From contig CAVXXK010000003.1 in assembly GCA_963765675.1 (NCBI GenBank), positions 64,001-128,000 of the forward strand: a stretch of DNA of 64,000 nucleotides, read 5' to 3'. The notes under the pieces are model-generated. The model was not told where the DNA came from and ran no database searches. It was given only the letters and a program-made list of their open reading frames with translations. This DNA comes from an uncultured delta proteobacterium (lineage in GTDB: Bacteria > Desulfobacterota > Binatia > Binatales > Binataceae). Made by a program: the position numbers and the translations under genes. Positions 39,301 to 50,284 of the stretch are shown one piece after another; the first letter of the stretch is position 1, and each line of letters starts with the position of its first letter.

Positions 39301-40437
39301 ATGGCGATCCCTGATCGGTCAAGTGGGAGATTGCTGACGCTGCTGCCGACTCTGTATGCATCACAGAGCCTAGAGAAATTTCCTCGGCATGCCTTATCCT
39401 GGATCCGCTACCTGATCGACGCAGACAGCGTGGCATTCAATGTGGTCGACCACACGCGGCAGGAAGTCGCGGTGGAGATCGATCCTGCTGTTACCGCTTT
39501 CCAAAATGGCGATTTCGAATCGGCCGCTGGCGCGAATATCGACCAGCATCCGTTGATCGCGCACTTCGAGCGCACCCGCGAGGCTCGGGCGCTCAGGTTG
39601 TCGGATTTCGTTACTCGCAGAGAACTGCATCGCCGCCGCATCTATCGGGAGACACTGCGGCCGCTTCGAATTGAATACTTGCTCGCCGCTCCTTTTATCG
39701 ACTCCGACACAGACAACCACATCGCCCTTTCACTGTCCCGGGAATCCGTTGACTTTGATGATCACGACCGCGAACTGCTCGACCTGCTGCTGCCGCACTT
39801 TGCCCAGGCTTATCGCAACGCGCAAGCGATTAGCCGCGCGCACACGCGGTTTGCTGATGGACGCGACATGGCCGAGCCAAGCGCTGGTTCTCTGACGATA
39901 CCGATCCGCAACGGAGCGCCGACAGATCTGAGTCCGCGCGCGCTCGAATTGCTGGAGAAATATTTTCCCGGCGAGGCGCGGACAATGGCCGCTTCACTGC
40001 CGGAGGCGCTTGAGACCTGGATGCGGTATCGGGAGTGCGCGATCAGAACCCCGGCGGGAATCTTGGAGCCATGCCGGCCGTGGACCGTGTACATGGACAC
40101 GGGACGACTCGAGATTCGTCTACTGCGCGGCTCCGCTCACAGCGAGATGAATCTGCTTCTGACCGAGACAACGCTATGCAATTCGCCCCGGCACCTCCAA
40201 GATCGATTGGGGCTGACCCAAAGGGAAGCCTCGGTTCTGCTCTGGATCGCGCAGGGCAAGACCAGCGCCGAGACCGCGCAGATTCTCTCGATCAGCCGGC
40301 GCACGGTCGATAAGCACCTCGAGCGCGTGTACCAGAAGCTAAGGGTCGAATCGCGCGTAGCGGCGGCAGCGCTTGCATGGGAAGCGCTGCACAAGGCGCC
40401 GGATTCCCGGCATGCGCGGATGCAGCGCGAGAATTAG
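39301..40437 (+). CDS. LuxR-type HTH regulator with N-terminal sensory domain
   Basis: LTQREASVLLWIAQGKTSAETAQILSISRRTVDKHLERVYQKL. Confidence 0.9.
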   Translation: MAIPDRSSGRLLTLLPTLYASQSLEKFPRHALSWIRYLIDADSVAFNVVDHTRQEVAVEIDPAVTAFQNGDFESAAGANIDQHPLIAHFERTREARALRLSDFVTRRELHRRRIYRETLRPLRIEYLLAAPFIDSDTDNHIALSLSRESVDFDDHDRELLDLLLPHFAQAYRNAQAISRAHTRFADGRDMAEPSAGSLTIPIRNGAPTDLSPRALELLEKYFPGEARTMAASLPEALETWMRYRECAIRTPAGILEPCRPWTVYMDTGRLEIRLLRGSAHSEMNLLLTETTLCNSPRHLQDRLGLTQREASVLLWIAQGKTSAETAQILSISRRTVDKHLERVYQKLRVESRVAAAALAWEALHKAPDSRHARMQREN

Positions 40438-40473
40438 CCGCAAGCGCTACCCGTCGCCGGTCGGCCCGCTCCT

Positions 40474-41646
40474 TCAGATCGCGTGCCGTTTGCGAAGCTC
40501 AGCTATGGCTGCGTCGTCATAGCCAAGCTCGCGAAGAATCTCATCGGTATGCTCCCCCGCCTCGGGAGTCGCGGTTTCAAGGGCGCTGTCAGTGCGCGAG
40601 AGCGTGAACGGCTGCCCGACCAGCTTGATGCTGCCGAGTTTCGGATGCTCAACGCTCTGCGCTATTCTCAGATGCTGCACCTGAGGATCGGCAAAGACCT
40701 GATCGACCGTGTTGATCGGTCCGCACGGTACGCCGGCCTCGTTCAGCACCTTGATCCAATGTTCCGACGGTCTGGTTTTTGTGACCTCTTCGATCTCGGC
40801 GTTGAGTTGCGCGCGATTTTTCGATCGGCTGACCGGATCGGAGAAGCGCGGATCGTCGATCCATCGTGGCGACTCCATCGTTCGAGCGAAGATCGCAAAC
40901 ATCTCCTGACCAACCACCGCGATATTGATCAGTCCGTCGCTGGTCTTGAACACTCCGGTCGGGATCGCGGTTGGATGGTCGTTGCCGGCCTGCTGCGGCA
41001 CACGCCCGTCCATTAGCCAGCGTGTTGCCTGGAAATCCAGAATCGCGATCTGCGCCTGCAAGAGCGAGGTCTGCACCCATTGCCCTCGGCCGGAGACCTC
41101 GCGCTCGAGCAGCGCGACGAGTATGCCCATCGCGCAGTAAAGTCCTGCGGTCGTATCGGCAACCGCAATTCCCGCGCGCACAGGACCCTGCCCCGGAAGC
41201 CCGGTCAGTGACATCAATCCGCCCATTCCCTGCGCGATCTGATCGAATCCCGGCCGCGACGCGTACGGTCCGTCCTGCCCGAATCCCGAAATGCTGCCGT
41301 ACACCAGCCGCGGATTGATCTTGCTCAACGCCTCGTAGTCGATGCCCAGGCGACGCTTTACGTCGGGGCGAAAGTTCTCGACCACCACGTCGGCGGTCTC
41401 GGCCAGCTTGCAGAGGATCGCCCTGCCCGCTTCATTTTTCAGATTGAGGGTCAGACTGCGTTTGTTGCGATGCAGATTCTGAAAATCCGAGCCGTGCCGC
41501 GCCCATTCGGAACCATCCGAGTCGGGCATCTCGACCTTGATGACCTGGGCGCCCCAGTCGGCGAGTTGGCGGACGCAGGTCGGACCGGAGCGCATCCGCG
41601 TCAGATCGATCACCTTGAACCGTTGCAGTGGCAGAGCTTTGGCCAT
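40474..41646 (-). CDS. Class III CoA-transferase (CaiB/BaiF)
   Basis: HRNKRSLTLNLK, VENFRP, SGFGQDGP, catalytic Asp in IAVAD. Confidence 0.94.
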   Translation of the reverse strand: MAKALPLQRFKVIDLTRMRSGPTCVRQLADWGAQVIKVEMPDSDGSEWARHGSDFQNLHRNKRSLTLNLKNEAGRAILCKLAETADVVVENFRPDVKRRLGIDYEALSKINPRLVYGSISGFGQDGPYASRPGFDQIAQGMGGLMSLTGLPGQGPVRAGIAVADTTAGLYCAMGILVALLEREVSGRGQWVQTSLLQAQIAILDFQATRWLMDGRVPQQAGNDHPTAIPTGVFKTSDGLINIAVVGQEMFAIFARTMESPRWIDDPRFSDPVSRSKNRAQLNAEIEEVTKTRPSEHWIKVLNEAGVPCGPINTVDQVFADPQVQHLRIAQSVEHPKLGSIKLVGQPFTLSRTDSALETATPEAGEHTDEILRELGYDDAAIAELRKRHAI

Positions 41647-41882
41647 TTCCCACCCTCTGGATTGTTGCGCAATACACGCGCTGAGTCCGAATCGTTCCAT
41701 GATCCGAAGGATTTTTCCATCCGCTCCGCGGCGCCATCCTCGCAGCGGGAGGGCCGGCAGGCTCGAAAAATCATGGCCGCGCACCCCTTTGCTACATAAC
41801 GCGACTCCCGCTAGCCTGCATCAGACGCGAGAGGGGTCACAGGAAACTTCCAACCAGGTTCGGACAGGAGGAGAAGAGAACG

Positions 41883-42422
41883 ATGAAGGCCACGATTAAG
41901 ACTATGACTCTGCTCGTCGCGATTACACTTGCAATCGCGTCGATCGGATCGCCGGCATTTGCAGAGGATGCAAACGGCGCCAAATCTGATACCAAGAGCA
42001 TGACCGTCCGGACGGGGTACCTGACCTGCCACGTCGCAGCGGGATGGGGCTTTATCTTCGGGTCGTCACGCGACATAAAGTGCGCGTACGCCCTGCAGCC
42101 CGGATACACCGAGTACTACACGGGATCGATCTCGAAGTTCGGCGCGGATATTGGCTATCTGCAGTCAGCCGTGCTTCTGTGGTCCGTGGCGGCTCCGACC
42201 AATAATCTCGGTCAGGGCGCGCTCGCCGGGCACTACGCCGGAGCGACTGCCAGCCTGGCGCTCGGAGTCGGCGCTGGAGCCAACGTGCTGGTCGGAGGAT
42301 TCAAAAACTCGATCGCGCTTCAGCCCGTATCGGTCGAAGGACAGAACGGACTCAATGTCGCCGCCGGCGTGGCGGAGTTGACCTTGAAGTTCGACAAGGC
42401 CAAGAAGGCCAAGAACGACTAG
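41883..42422 (+). CDS. DUF992 family secreted protein
   Basis: Signal peptide; GYLTC..GWGFIFGSS...C, GANVLVGG..SIALQPVSVEGQ.GLNVAAG. Confidence 0.9.
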   Translation: MKATIKTMTLLVAITLAIASIGSPAFAEDANGAKSDTKSMTVRTGYLTCHVAAGWGFIFGSSRDIKCAYALQPGYTEYYTGSISKFGADIGYLQSAVLLWSVAAPTNNLGQGALAGHYAGATASLALGVGAGANVLVGGFKNSIALQPVSVEGQNGLNVAAGVAELTLKFDKAKKAKND

Positions 42423-42448
42423 GACTCGGATCTGAATCGGCATCTAAC

Positions 42449-42492
42449 CGAAGGGCCGTCCGCGATGAGTGGGCGGCCCTTCGCGATTTTTC
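42449..42492 (+). terminator. Probable intrinsic terminator after DUF992
   Basis: CGAAGGGCCGTCCGC-gatga-GTGGGCGGCCCTTCG stem followed by a T tract. Confidence 0.5.
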
Positions 42493-42598
42493 GCGCGCGC
42501 CTTGGCGCACCGCCGCACCTGCGCTACGCTTCACGCCGATGCATCGCGCCGAATCGTCAATGCAAACTCTCGCGCGTATCCGGACGGTCATCTGATCG

Positions 42599-43424
42599 AT
42601 GCCCACCGCGACTCGCGCCGCGCCGGTGGTCGCAATCCTGAGCGACTTCGGTTATCGCGACCACTACGCCGGCGTGATGAAAGGCGTGATCGCGAGAATC
42701 GCGCCGCACGCCCAAATCATCGACCTCACTCACGGAATCCCGCCGCAGGCGATCACTGCCGGCGCGCTGGTGCTCGCGCAGAGCTGGCGCTATTTCCCCG
42801 CTCGGACGATTTTCCTCGCCGTGGTCGATCCCGGCGTCGGAACCGCGCGGCTGCCGATCGCGATCGAGACTCGCGCCGGCGCGCGCTTCGTCGGCCCTGA
42901 CAACGGGTTACTGTCGCTCGCCGCCGACGACGCCGGCCTCCGCCGAATCGTGGAGCTCAAGGCGCCGCGCTTTCGGCTACACAATGTCAGTTCGACCTTC
43001 CACGGCCGCGACATCTTCGCGCCCGCTGCCGCGTGGCTTGCCCGCGGCGCTTCGATTCGCGCGCTGGGGCCGGCGCTCGACAAACTCGCGCCGCTTCGCG
43101 CTTCCTGAGCCTTCCCTCACGACGGGCCGGATCCGGGGCGAAGTGATCTACGTTGACGGTTTCGGCAACCTGATCACCAATATCAGCGCCAAAATCCTCG
43201 CGCGGCTCGCGGCTTCCTTTCGCACAAAACCGCTTTCAGTTAGGATCAAAGACAGCGCGGCGATTAAAATTTATCGCGCCTATGGAGAAGCTCCGGCCCG
43301 AAGCTCTCTGGCCACCGTTGGCAGCTTCAATCTTCTGGAAATTGCGATCCGCGATGCCGATGCCGCGATGCACTATCGTGCCCAAGCTGGTGCGAGCGTG
43401 ACCGTGACCGCCGGACGTGCTTAA
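42599..43424 (+). pseudogene. SAM hydroxide adenosyltransferase (DUF62) split by a +1 frameshift near 43090-43108
   Basis: N-part SDFG..DHYAGVMKG, VVDPGVGTAR, STFHGRDIFAP ends at TGA 43108; C-part ALPEP..GEVIYVDGFGNLITN..LEIAIR in the next frame. Could be an assembly error. Confidence 0.85.
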
Positions 43425-43438
43425 ACCGTGCGCTGACT

Positions 43439-44539
43439 ATGGATGACGCTGCTGCATACAAAGACGCGCCCAACGTCCTGACCGAGATCCCGCGCTACGC
43501 CGCGGAGATTCCGCCGCCGCTCGGCCCCGAACCGCGCGGGCTGCGGGCGATGCTGCCCGAGGGAATTCCGCCACTCAACCTCGCGCTGTTCGCGATCACT
43601 CTGCTCACGACCACGATGGCGGGCGCTTACGTGGCTGGCGGCGATCTATCTGTGTGGCATCCGATTGCTTTCATCGCGGGACTCGCGACGGGGCTCTCGT
43701 TCTCGCTGCCGCTGATGGCGATTCTGCTCGCGCACGAGATGGGCCACTACGTGACCGCGCGGCGCAACGGTGTGAATACCAGCCTGCCCTATTTCATTCC
43801 GGCGCCGCTGCCTTCGGTATTTTTCATCGGCACCTTTGGTGCTTTCATCCGGCTGCGCCAGATGCCGCAAACCCGCCGTGTGATGTTTGATATCGGCGCC
43901 GCCGGTCCGTGGGCCGGCATGATGATCGCGCTACCGTGCGTGATAATCGGCCTGCATCTCTCGGACATCCAGCCGCTGACGCAGAGCGCGGGCGGGCTCG
44001 AGCTAGGCAATTCGCTGCTCTTCTATGGGCTCTCGCGATGGATGCTCGGCGTGGACCCGAACCTGGTCAACGTCAACCTGAGCCCAATCGCGTTCGCCGG
44101 ATGGCTCGGGTTCCTGGTCACGATGCTGAACCTCCTGCCGAGCGGACAATTCGACGGCGGCCACGTGCTCTACGCGCTCACGCCCCGGCACCATCGGAAG
44201 ATCTCAACGATCTTCGTCGTTGGATGCGTCCTGATGTTCTTCGTTCCGCTCGTTTTCGGCAGAGCTTACTGGGCCGGATGGCTCCTGTGGGCGGTGATCG
44301 CGGTCGTACTCGGTCTGGGTCATCCCTCAACTGTCGACCGCAACGCTCCTCTCGGTTCCGGCCGCACCATCGCAGCGTGGCTGACGGTCGCGCTGTTCGT
44401 TCTGACTTTCATGCCGAATCCGATTTCGATTAGCGAGCCCATTGATAATCCTCCGCAACCCGAGCAGTCGCAGACCTACAGCGTGATGCGTCATGCGCCA
44501 GACCCTGCCATTCATCCTGCGGTAACCATCCAGATCTGA
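43439..44539 (+). CDS. Site-2 protease (M50) family metalloprotease
   Basis: [25 protein letters not shown]. Confidence 0.93.
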   Translation: MDDAAAYKDAPNVLTEIPRYAAEIPPPLGPEPRGLRAMLPEGIPPLNLALFAITLLTTTMAGAYVAGGDLSVWHPIAFIAGLATGLSFSLPLMAILLAHEMGHYVTARRNGVNTSLPYFIPAPLPSVFFIGTFGAFIRLRQMPQTRRVMFDIGAAGPWAGMMIALPCVIIGLHLSDIQPLTQSAGGLELGNSLLFYGLSRWMLGVDPNLVNVNLSPIAFAGWLGFLVTMLNLLPSGQFDGGHVLYALTPRHHRKISTIFVVGCVLMFFVPLVFGRAYWAGWLLWAVIAVVLGLGHPSTVDRNAPLGSGRTIAAWLTVALFVLTFMPNPISISEPIDNPPQPEQSQTYSVMRHAPDPAIHPAVTIQI

Positions 44540-44552
44540 GGAGCGACCCGAT

Positions 44553-45032
44553 TTGCCCGAGCATAACGAAAAATCACGGCCCAGTTGGGACCAGTACTTC
44601 ATGACGATCACGCGCGAAGTCGCGGAACGCTCGACCTGCCTGCGCGCGAAAGTCGGCGCGGTGATCGTGCGCAACCGCAGCATCCTCGCCACCGGCTATA
44701 ACGGCTCGCCCGCGGGCCTGCCGCATTGCACCGAGGTCGGATGCCTGATCTACGAGTCGCGCAACCCCGACGGCGAAGTCGAGCAGAACTGCTTTCGCAC
44801 GATCCACGCCGAGATCAACGCGATCACGCAGGCCGCGCGCAACGGCGCCGCGATCCAGGACGCCGATATCTACGTGACCCACACTCCCTGCATCCACTGC
44901 CTGAAGGTGCTCATCAACACCGGCATCCGCACCGTCTATTACGGCAAACCCTATAAACTCGAAACCGTGCGCGAGCTCCTGCGCGGTGCGAAGATCAAGC
45001 TCGTGCCGGTCGAGCCGGAGAAATCCGCGTGA
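44553..45032 (+). CDS. dCMP deaminase family protein
   Basis: [25 protein letters not shown]. Confidence 0.93.
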   Translation: MPEHNEKSRPSWDQYFMTITREVAERSTCLRAKVGAVIVRNRSILATGYNGSPAGLPHCTEVGCLIYESRNPDGEVEQNCFRTIHAEINAITQAARNGAAIQDADIYVTHTPCIHCLKVLINTGIRTVYYGKPYKLETVRELLRGAKIKLVPVEPEKSA

Positions 45033-45499
45033 GCGCCGCTCGCTGCGGCATCTGTGCGCTTATCGAGCGCATCCGGACCAACTCCTTCGACGACTTCGTC
45101 GCCGAGCTCGCCGAGAGCTACGTGATCCTCGGCGACGCGCAGTTCTATCGTGGATATTGCGTGATGCTCGCCAAGACGCACGCGACCGAGATCTTCCTGA
45201 TGCCAGCCGATGAGGCGCACCGCGTCTTCGAAGAGCTGCGGCTCGTCTCAGAAGCTATCGCGTCGGTCACGAGACCGTGGAAGCTCAACTACGAATGCCT
45301 GGGCAACGCCGAGCCTCATATGCACTGGCATATTCTTCCCCGCTACGAGAACGATGAACTGCGCCGCGCATCCATTTGGATTCGCCCTGAGGCGGAGCGC
45401 AAAGTCGCGCTGCCCAAAGACGACCGGACCGCGCTTGTCGCCGCGCTTCGCGAAGCGATTGTCGCCAGATTTCCTGATGCACGGATTGCGGCGAACTAA
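45029..45499 (+). CDS. HIT family protein
   Basis: Cxx[22 protein letters not shown]. Confidence 0.9.
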   Translation: MSAARCGICALIERIRTNSFDDFVAELAESYVILGDAQFYRGYCVMLAKTHATEIFLMPADEAHRVFEELRLVSEAIASVTRPWKLNYECLGNAEPHMHWHILPRYENDELRRASIWIRPEAERKVALPKDDRTALVAALREAIVARFPDARIAAN

Positions 45500-45512
45500 C
45501 CCGGTTCCGTCG

Positions 45513-45797
45513 ATGCGCGCCGGCCGAATCGCGATAACTATCGCGATTGTTGCGCTTGCCGGATGCGCGCGTCGCGCGGCGCTGCCCGAAAGCGGATCGC
45601 CGGCGGCCACGATGTATCAGCAGCGATGCGGTCAATGCCATACGCCGTACAATCCACGCACGATGACCTCGGCGATGTGGGCGGTGCAGCTCGATGCGAT
45701 GCAGGTGAAGATGCGCCAGTCAGGCGTTGCGCCGCTGACCGACGACCAGCGCCAGATGATCCTCGACTATCTGACCCGCAACGCCGGGACTGAATAG
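45513..45797 (+). CDS. Monoheme cytochrome c lipoprotein
   Basis: LAGC lipobox, CGQCH heme-binding motif, distal Met candidates. Confidence 0.8.
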   Translation: MRAGRIAITIAIVALAGCARRAALPESGSPAATMYQQRCGQCHTPYNPRTMTSAMWAVQLDAMQVKMRQSGVAPLTDDQRQMILDYLTRNAGTE

Positions 45798-45861
45798 CAA
45801 GGCTCGCGCGCGGCGCTTTTTTGTGCGGACGATTTAGGCTATCGGTTGAGACGGTACCCAG

Positions 45862-46467
45862 ATGGCCGACGAAATTATCAAGCTCTACTACGACTACAAA
45901 AGTCCGTTCACCTATCTCGCGATGCAGCCGATGTACGACCTCGAACAGGCGTACCAAATCAAGCTGCGCTACGTCGCGCTCGAGGTGAACCTCAAGGGCG
46001 CGTTCGGCGGCGAATTCGAACAGCGCGACGAGCGCAACTGGCGCAAGGTGCGCTACCTGTACCTCGACGCGCGGCGCTACGCGAACGCGCGCGGGCTCGT
46101 CATCCGCGGTCCGCAAAAGATTTTCGACTCGCGCCTGTCATTGATGAGCGGGATGTGGGCTGATCGGCACGGCAAGTTCCGCCCTTACTCCGACCGCGTG
46201 TTCGAGCGCTTCTTCAAACGCGAACTCGATATCGAAGACGGCTCCGCGCTGGCCAAGGTGATGACGGAAGTCGGCCTCGACGCGGCAGGCTTCACAAAAT
46301 ATATCCTGGGCGACGGACCTCGCGAGTTGCAGGCCGCCGCCGAAGAATCCGAGCGCGACGGAGTGTTCGGCGTCCCCACGATGATCGCCGCGGGCGAGCC
46401 GTTCTGGGGCAACGACCGTGTCGAATGGCTCGCAAAGAAGCTCGACGCGATGAATCTCAGGCGCTAA
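45862..46467 (+). CDS. DsbA-like/2-hydroxychromene-2-carboxylate isomerase family
   Basis: YYDYKSPFTYLA, GVFGVPTM..GEPFWGNDR. Confidence 0.9.
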   Translation: MADEIIKLYYDYKSPFTYLAMQPMYDLEQAYQIKLRYVALEVNLKGAFGGEFEQRDERNWRKVRYLYLDARRYANARGLVIRGPQKIFDSRLSLMSGMWADRHGKFRPYSDRVFERFFKRELDIEDGSALAKVMTEVGLDAAGFTKYILGDGPRELQAAAEESERDGVFGVPTMIAAGEPFWGNDRVEWLAKKLDAMNLRR

Positions 46468-46470
46468 ACC

Positions 46471-46866
46471 ATGAAACCAATACCAGTCGGTACTACCGGC
46501 ACTTTCACCCTGGTCGTTGAGCCGAAGCATCTGGCGAACCAAATCGAATCGTCGCTCGCGCCGGTTCTCTCAACGCCCACGATGGTCTCGATGATGGAGA
46601 TGGCCGCGATGGACGCGATGCGCGGCTACCTCGAGCCGGGCGAAAGCTCCGTCGGCATGTCGATCGACGTACAGCATATGGCGGCAACACCGCCGGGCCA
46701 TCGCGTCCGCGCCGAGGCCGAGGTCGTCAAGTGCGAAGGACGGCGGCTCGAATTCAAGGTGCGCGCGTTTGACGAGACCGAGCAGATCGGCAGCGGAACG
46801 CATCGCCGCGCCGCGATCGACGCGGCGAAATTCGGCGAACGCCTCAAGAGTAAGCAGAAATCATGA
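46471..46866 (+). CDS. FlK-type hotdog thioesterase
   Basis: VLSTPTMVSMME, SVG..IDVQHMAATPPG, GTHRRA (Thr/Glu/His triad pattern). Confidence 0.88.
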   Translation: MKPIPVGTTGTFTLVVEPKHLANQIESSLAPVLSTPTMVSMMEMAAMDAMRGYLEPGESSVGMSIDVQHMAATPPGHRVRAEAEVVKCEGRRLEFKVRAFDETEQIGSGTHRRAAIDAAKFGERLKSKQKS

Positions 46867-46901
46867 CCGCGATCAGCGCGAGGAATCTCAGCGAGGATCC
46901 G

Positions 46902-47786
46902 ATGAGCGAAACGGTTTTTTCACCAGACGAAGTCTATGTCGGCCGCGACTATGGCAGCGTAACCTACGACCTCACGCCGGAAACTATCGCGACGTATATC
47001 GCGGGAACCGGCGACGACAATCCATGGTATCGCGATCGCTCGCCGCTCGGCGGCCCGGTTGCACCGGCGCTGATTCTCTATGGGGCGGTGTACAAAACCG
47101 TCAAATGGTATCTGCCGAATATCTACGGCAACCTGCACGCGCGCCAGGAATGGGAAATCTTCGCACCCGTCATGGTCGGTGAACAACTGACTACTCGCTC
47201 GCTGATTGTGGGACGCTATCTCAAACGCGATCGCGAATACCTGGTCAACGAAGTAATCGTCAGCAATCGCGCGGGCCGGGTCGTGTCGCGCAGCCGGACG
47301 CATCAGAGTTTCCTGCTTCCCGAGCAAACCAAAACCGATTCTTTCGTGGTCGACAAATCGCGCGAAAAGGATTCCAGGCGCTCCTTTCATATCGGCGAGA
47401 GCGGCGGTGAACTGATCGAAGCTCCGATGCGCACCATCACCGACGACATGTGCCTGGCGTTCTCGGGCCCGGAACGCAACTACCACAACGACCGGCAAAA
47501 AGCGCTCGACCTCGGATTCCCGGAAATCGTCGTACAGGGAATGCTCTCGGTGTGCCTGGTCGCGGAACTGATGACCCGGCGGTTTGGCCTGGGCTTTCTC
47601 TGCGGCGGAAAGATCGATGTGCGGCTGGTCAACGTCGTGTGGGGCAACGACACCACCGCGCCGCGCGGACGAATTGTCTCGCGCGCACCCGAGGGCAAAC
47701 GCACGCGCGCCGAGGTCGAAGTATGGTGCGACAAGTCCGACGGGACCAAGACGATCGTCGGCGCGGCCAGCGCGCTCGAGCTCTAA
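46902..47786 (+). CDS. Double hotdog MaoC-like dehydratase
   Basis: GDDNPWY..GPVAP, LHARQEWE; NYHND..ALDLGF..IVVQGM; start may be 46863. Confidence 0.85.
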   Translation: MSETVFSPDEVYVGRDYGSVTYDLTPETIATYIAGTGDDNPWYRDRSPLGGPVAPALILYGAVYKTVKWYLPNIYGNLHARQEWEIFAPVMVGEQLTTRSLIVGRYLKRDREYLVNEVIVSNRAGRVVSRSRTHQSFLLPEQTKTDSFVVDKSREKDSRRSFHIGESGGELIEAPMRTITDDMCLAFSGPERNYHNDRQKALDLGFPEIVVQGMLSVCLVAELMTRRFGLGFLCGGKIDVRLVNVVWGNDTTAPRGRIVSRAPEGKRTRAEVEVWCDKSDGTKTIVGAASALEL

Positions 47787-47795
47787 CGCCTCGAT

Positions 47796-48020
47796 GTGAT
47801 TCCCCGACTCCTCCTGCGAACGGCCCTGATGCTGGTTTTTTCAGCCAGCATAGTTTGCTGCTCCGCCCATCGATGCGGAAAGGCGCTCTTACAATGCCGC
47901 TCCCACTGCGAACGCCAATACCAAATCTGCCAGGTCAATGGGAACGAGGAATTTTACTGCCACAACCTGATAGGAAATTGCCTGGTCGAGTGCGATTCTA
48001 CCCGCGCCTCCTGTTCTTGA
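47796..48020 (+). CDS. Small secreted Cys-rich protein
   Basis: Signal-like N-terminus then C-x6-C-x3-C-x6-C-x9-C-x6-C-x3-C-x6-C; fills the intergenic gap. Confidence 0.7.
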   Translation: MIPRLLLRTALMLVFSASIVCCSAHRCGKALLQCRSHCERQYQICQVNGNEEFYCHNLIGNCLVECDSTRASCS

Positions 48021-48053
48021 TTGGAGCGCAACGCGGGGTACGGCGCCTGCTAG

Positions 48054-49373
<1,320 letters not shown>

Positions 49374-49414
49374 CGTTTATGATTACGCCACGCCGCGCGC
49401 CGGCTGCCTAGCGG

Positions 49415-50260
49415 CTACGGCAATCCCGCGCCGGGCACATCGACCTTTGTGATCTCGATCTTGCCGGTCGCGTTGGCGAGGCACACCGCCGGATCCGACG
49501 AGGCCGAGGTCAGCACGAACAGCGTCTTGCGATCGGCGCCGCCCAGCATGCACGCGAACGCGTCGGTCGCGACCTTGATACGCTCGGTCACCTCGCCGCC
49601 TTCGCGCACGCGAATCACTTCTGAGGACATTGGGCTCGCGACCCATATCGCGCCTTCCGCATCGAGCGCGATTCCGTCGGGAACATTGTTTCCGAGATCA
49701 GCCCAGACCCGCCGGTTCGCGAGCGAGCCGTCCGCCGCAATATCGAACGCGGTCAGGCGTCGCCCGAACGATTCGCCGACGACGAGGGTCCTGCCGTCGG
49801 GAGTGATAACGGTGCCATTGGGGAACATCAGATCGTCGGCGACGACGCGCGCTTTTCCTTCGAGCGTGACCATGATCAAAACAGTGCCGCGCGCCTTTTC
49901 GCCCTTATGAAGATCGTAGCCGAAGTTGCCGACGTATGCGCGACCCTTTGAATCGATCACCATGTCGTTGCAGTGAAACGGCGCGAGCTTCGAGAGATCG
50001 GCGTGAACTTTCAGCGCGCCGCCGCGCTCCATTCGCATCAGCTTCCGATCCGTCATCGAGACGACCAGCATCGTGCCGTCAGGGAGCCATCCGAGTCCCG
50101 AGGGATTGTTCGGCACCTCACAGACCACGGAGCTGCGCCCCTCAAGGTCCACCGTCATCACGTGGTTGGCGTGCATGTCGGAGAAATAGAGCTTGCCGTC
50201 GTGCCAGCGCGGACCTTCGCCGAATCTCAGGCCATCGAGCAGAGTCGTGAGCGTGCGCAT
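49415..50260 (-). CDS. SMP-30/gluconolactonase family protein
   Basis: FGEGPRW, CNDMVID, FPNG, PDGIALDAEGAIWVA. Confidence 0.93.
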   Translation of the reverse strand: MRTLTTLLDGLRFGEGPRWHDGKLYFSDMHANHVMTVDLEGRSSVVCEVPNNPSGLGWLPDGTMLVVSMTDRKLMRMERGGALKVHADLSKLAPFHCNDMVIDSKGRAYVGNFGYDLHKGEKARGTVLIMVTLEGKARVVADDLMFPNGTVITPDGRTLVVGESFGRRLTAFDIAADGSLANRRVWADLGNNVPDGIALDAEGAIWVASPMSSEVIRVREGGEVTERIKVATDAFACMLGGADRKTLFVLTSASSDPAVCLANATGKIEITKVDVPGAGLP

Positions 50261-50284
50261 CGCGTTTCTTCTCCTGGATCGCGC

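Noticed and set aside
41776-41792. Sigma54-like CGCGCAC-ccct-TTGCT upstream of DUF992
   Set aside because: Lacks the invariant GG at -24.
42599-43424. Fluorinase or chlorinase call
   Set aside because: The motifs DPGVGTAR and STFHGRD are hydrolase-type DUF62.
45806-45822. GCGC-gcg-GCGC followed by T6 after the cytochrome c gene
   Set aside because: A 4-bp stem is too weak to call a terminator.
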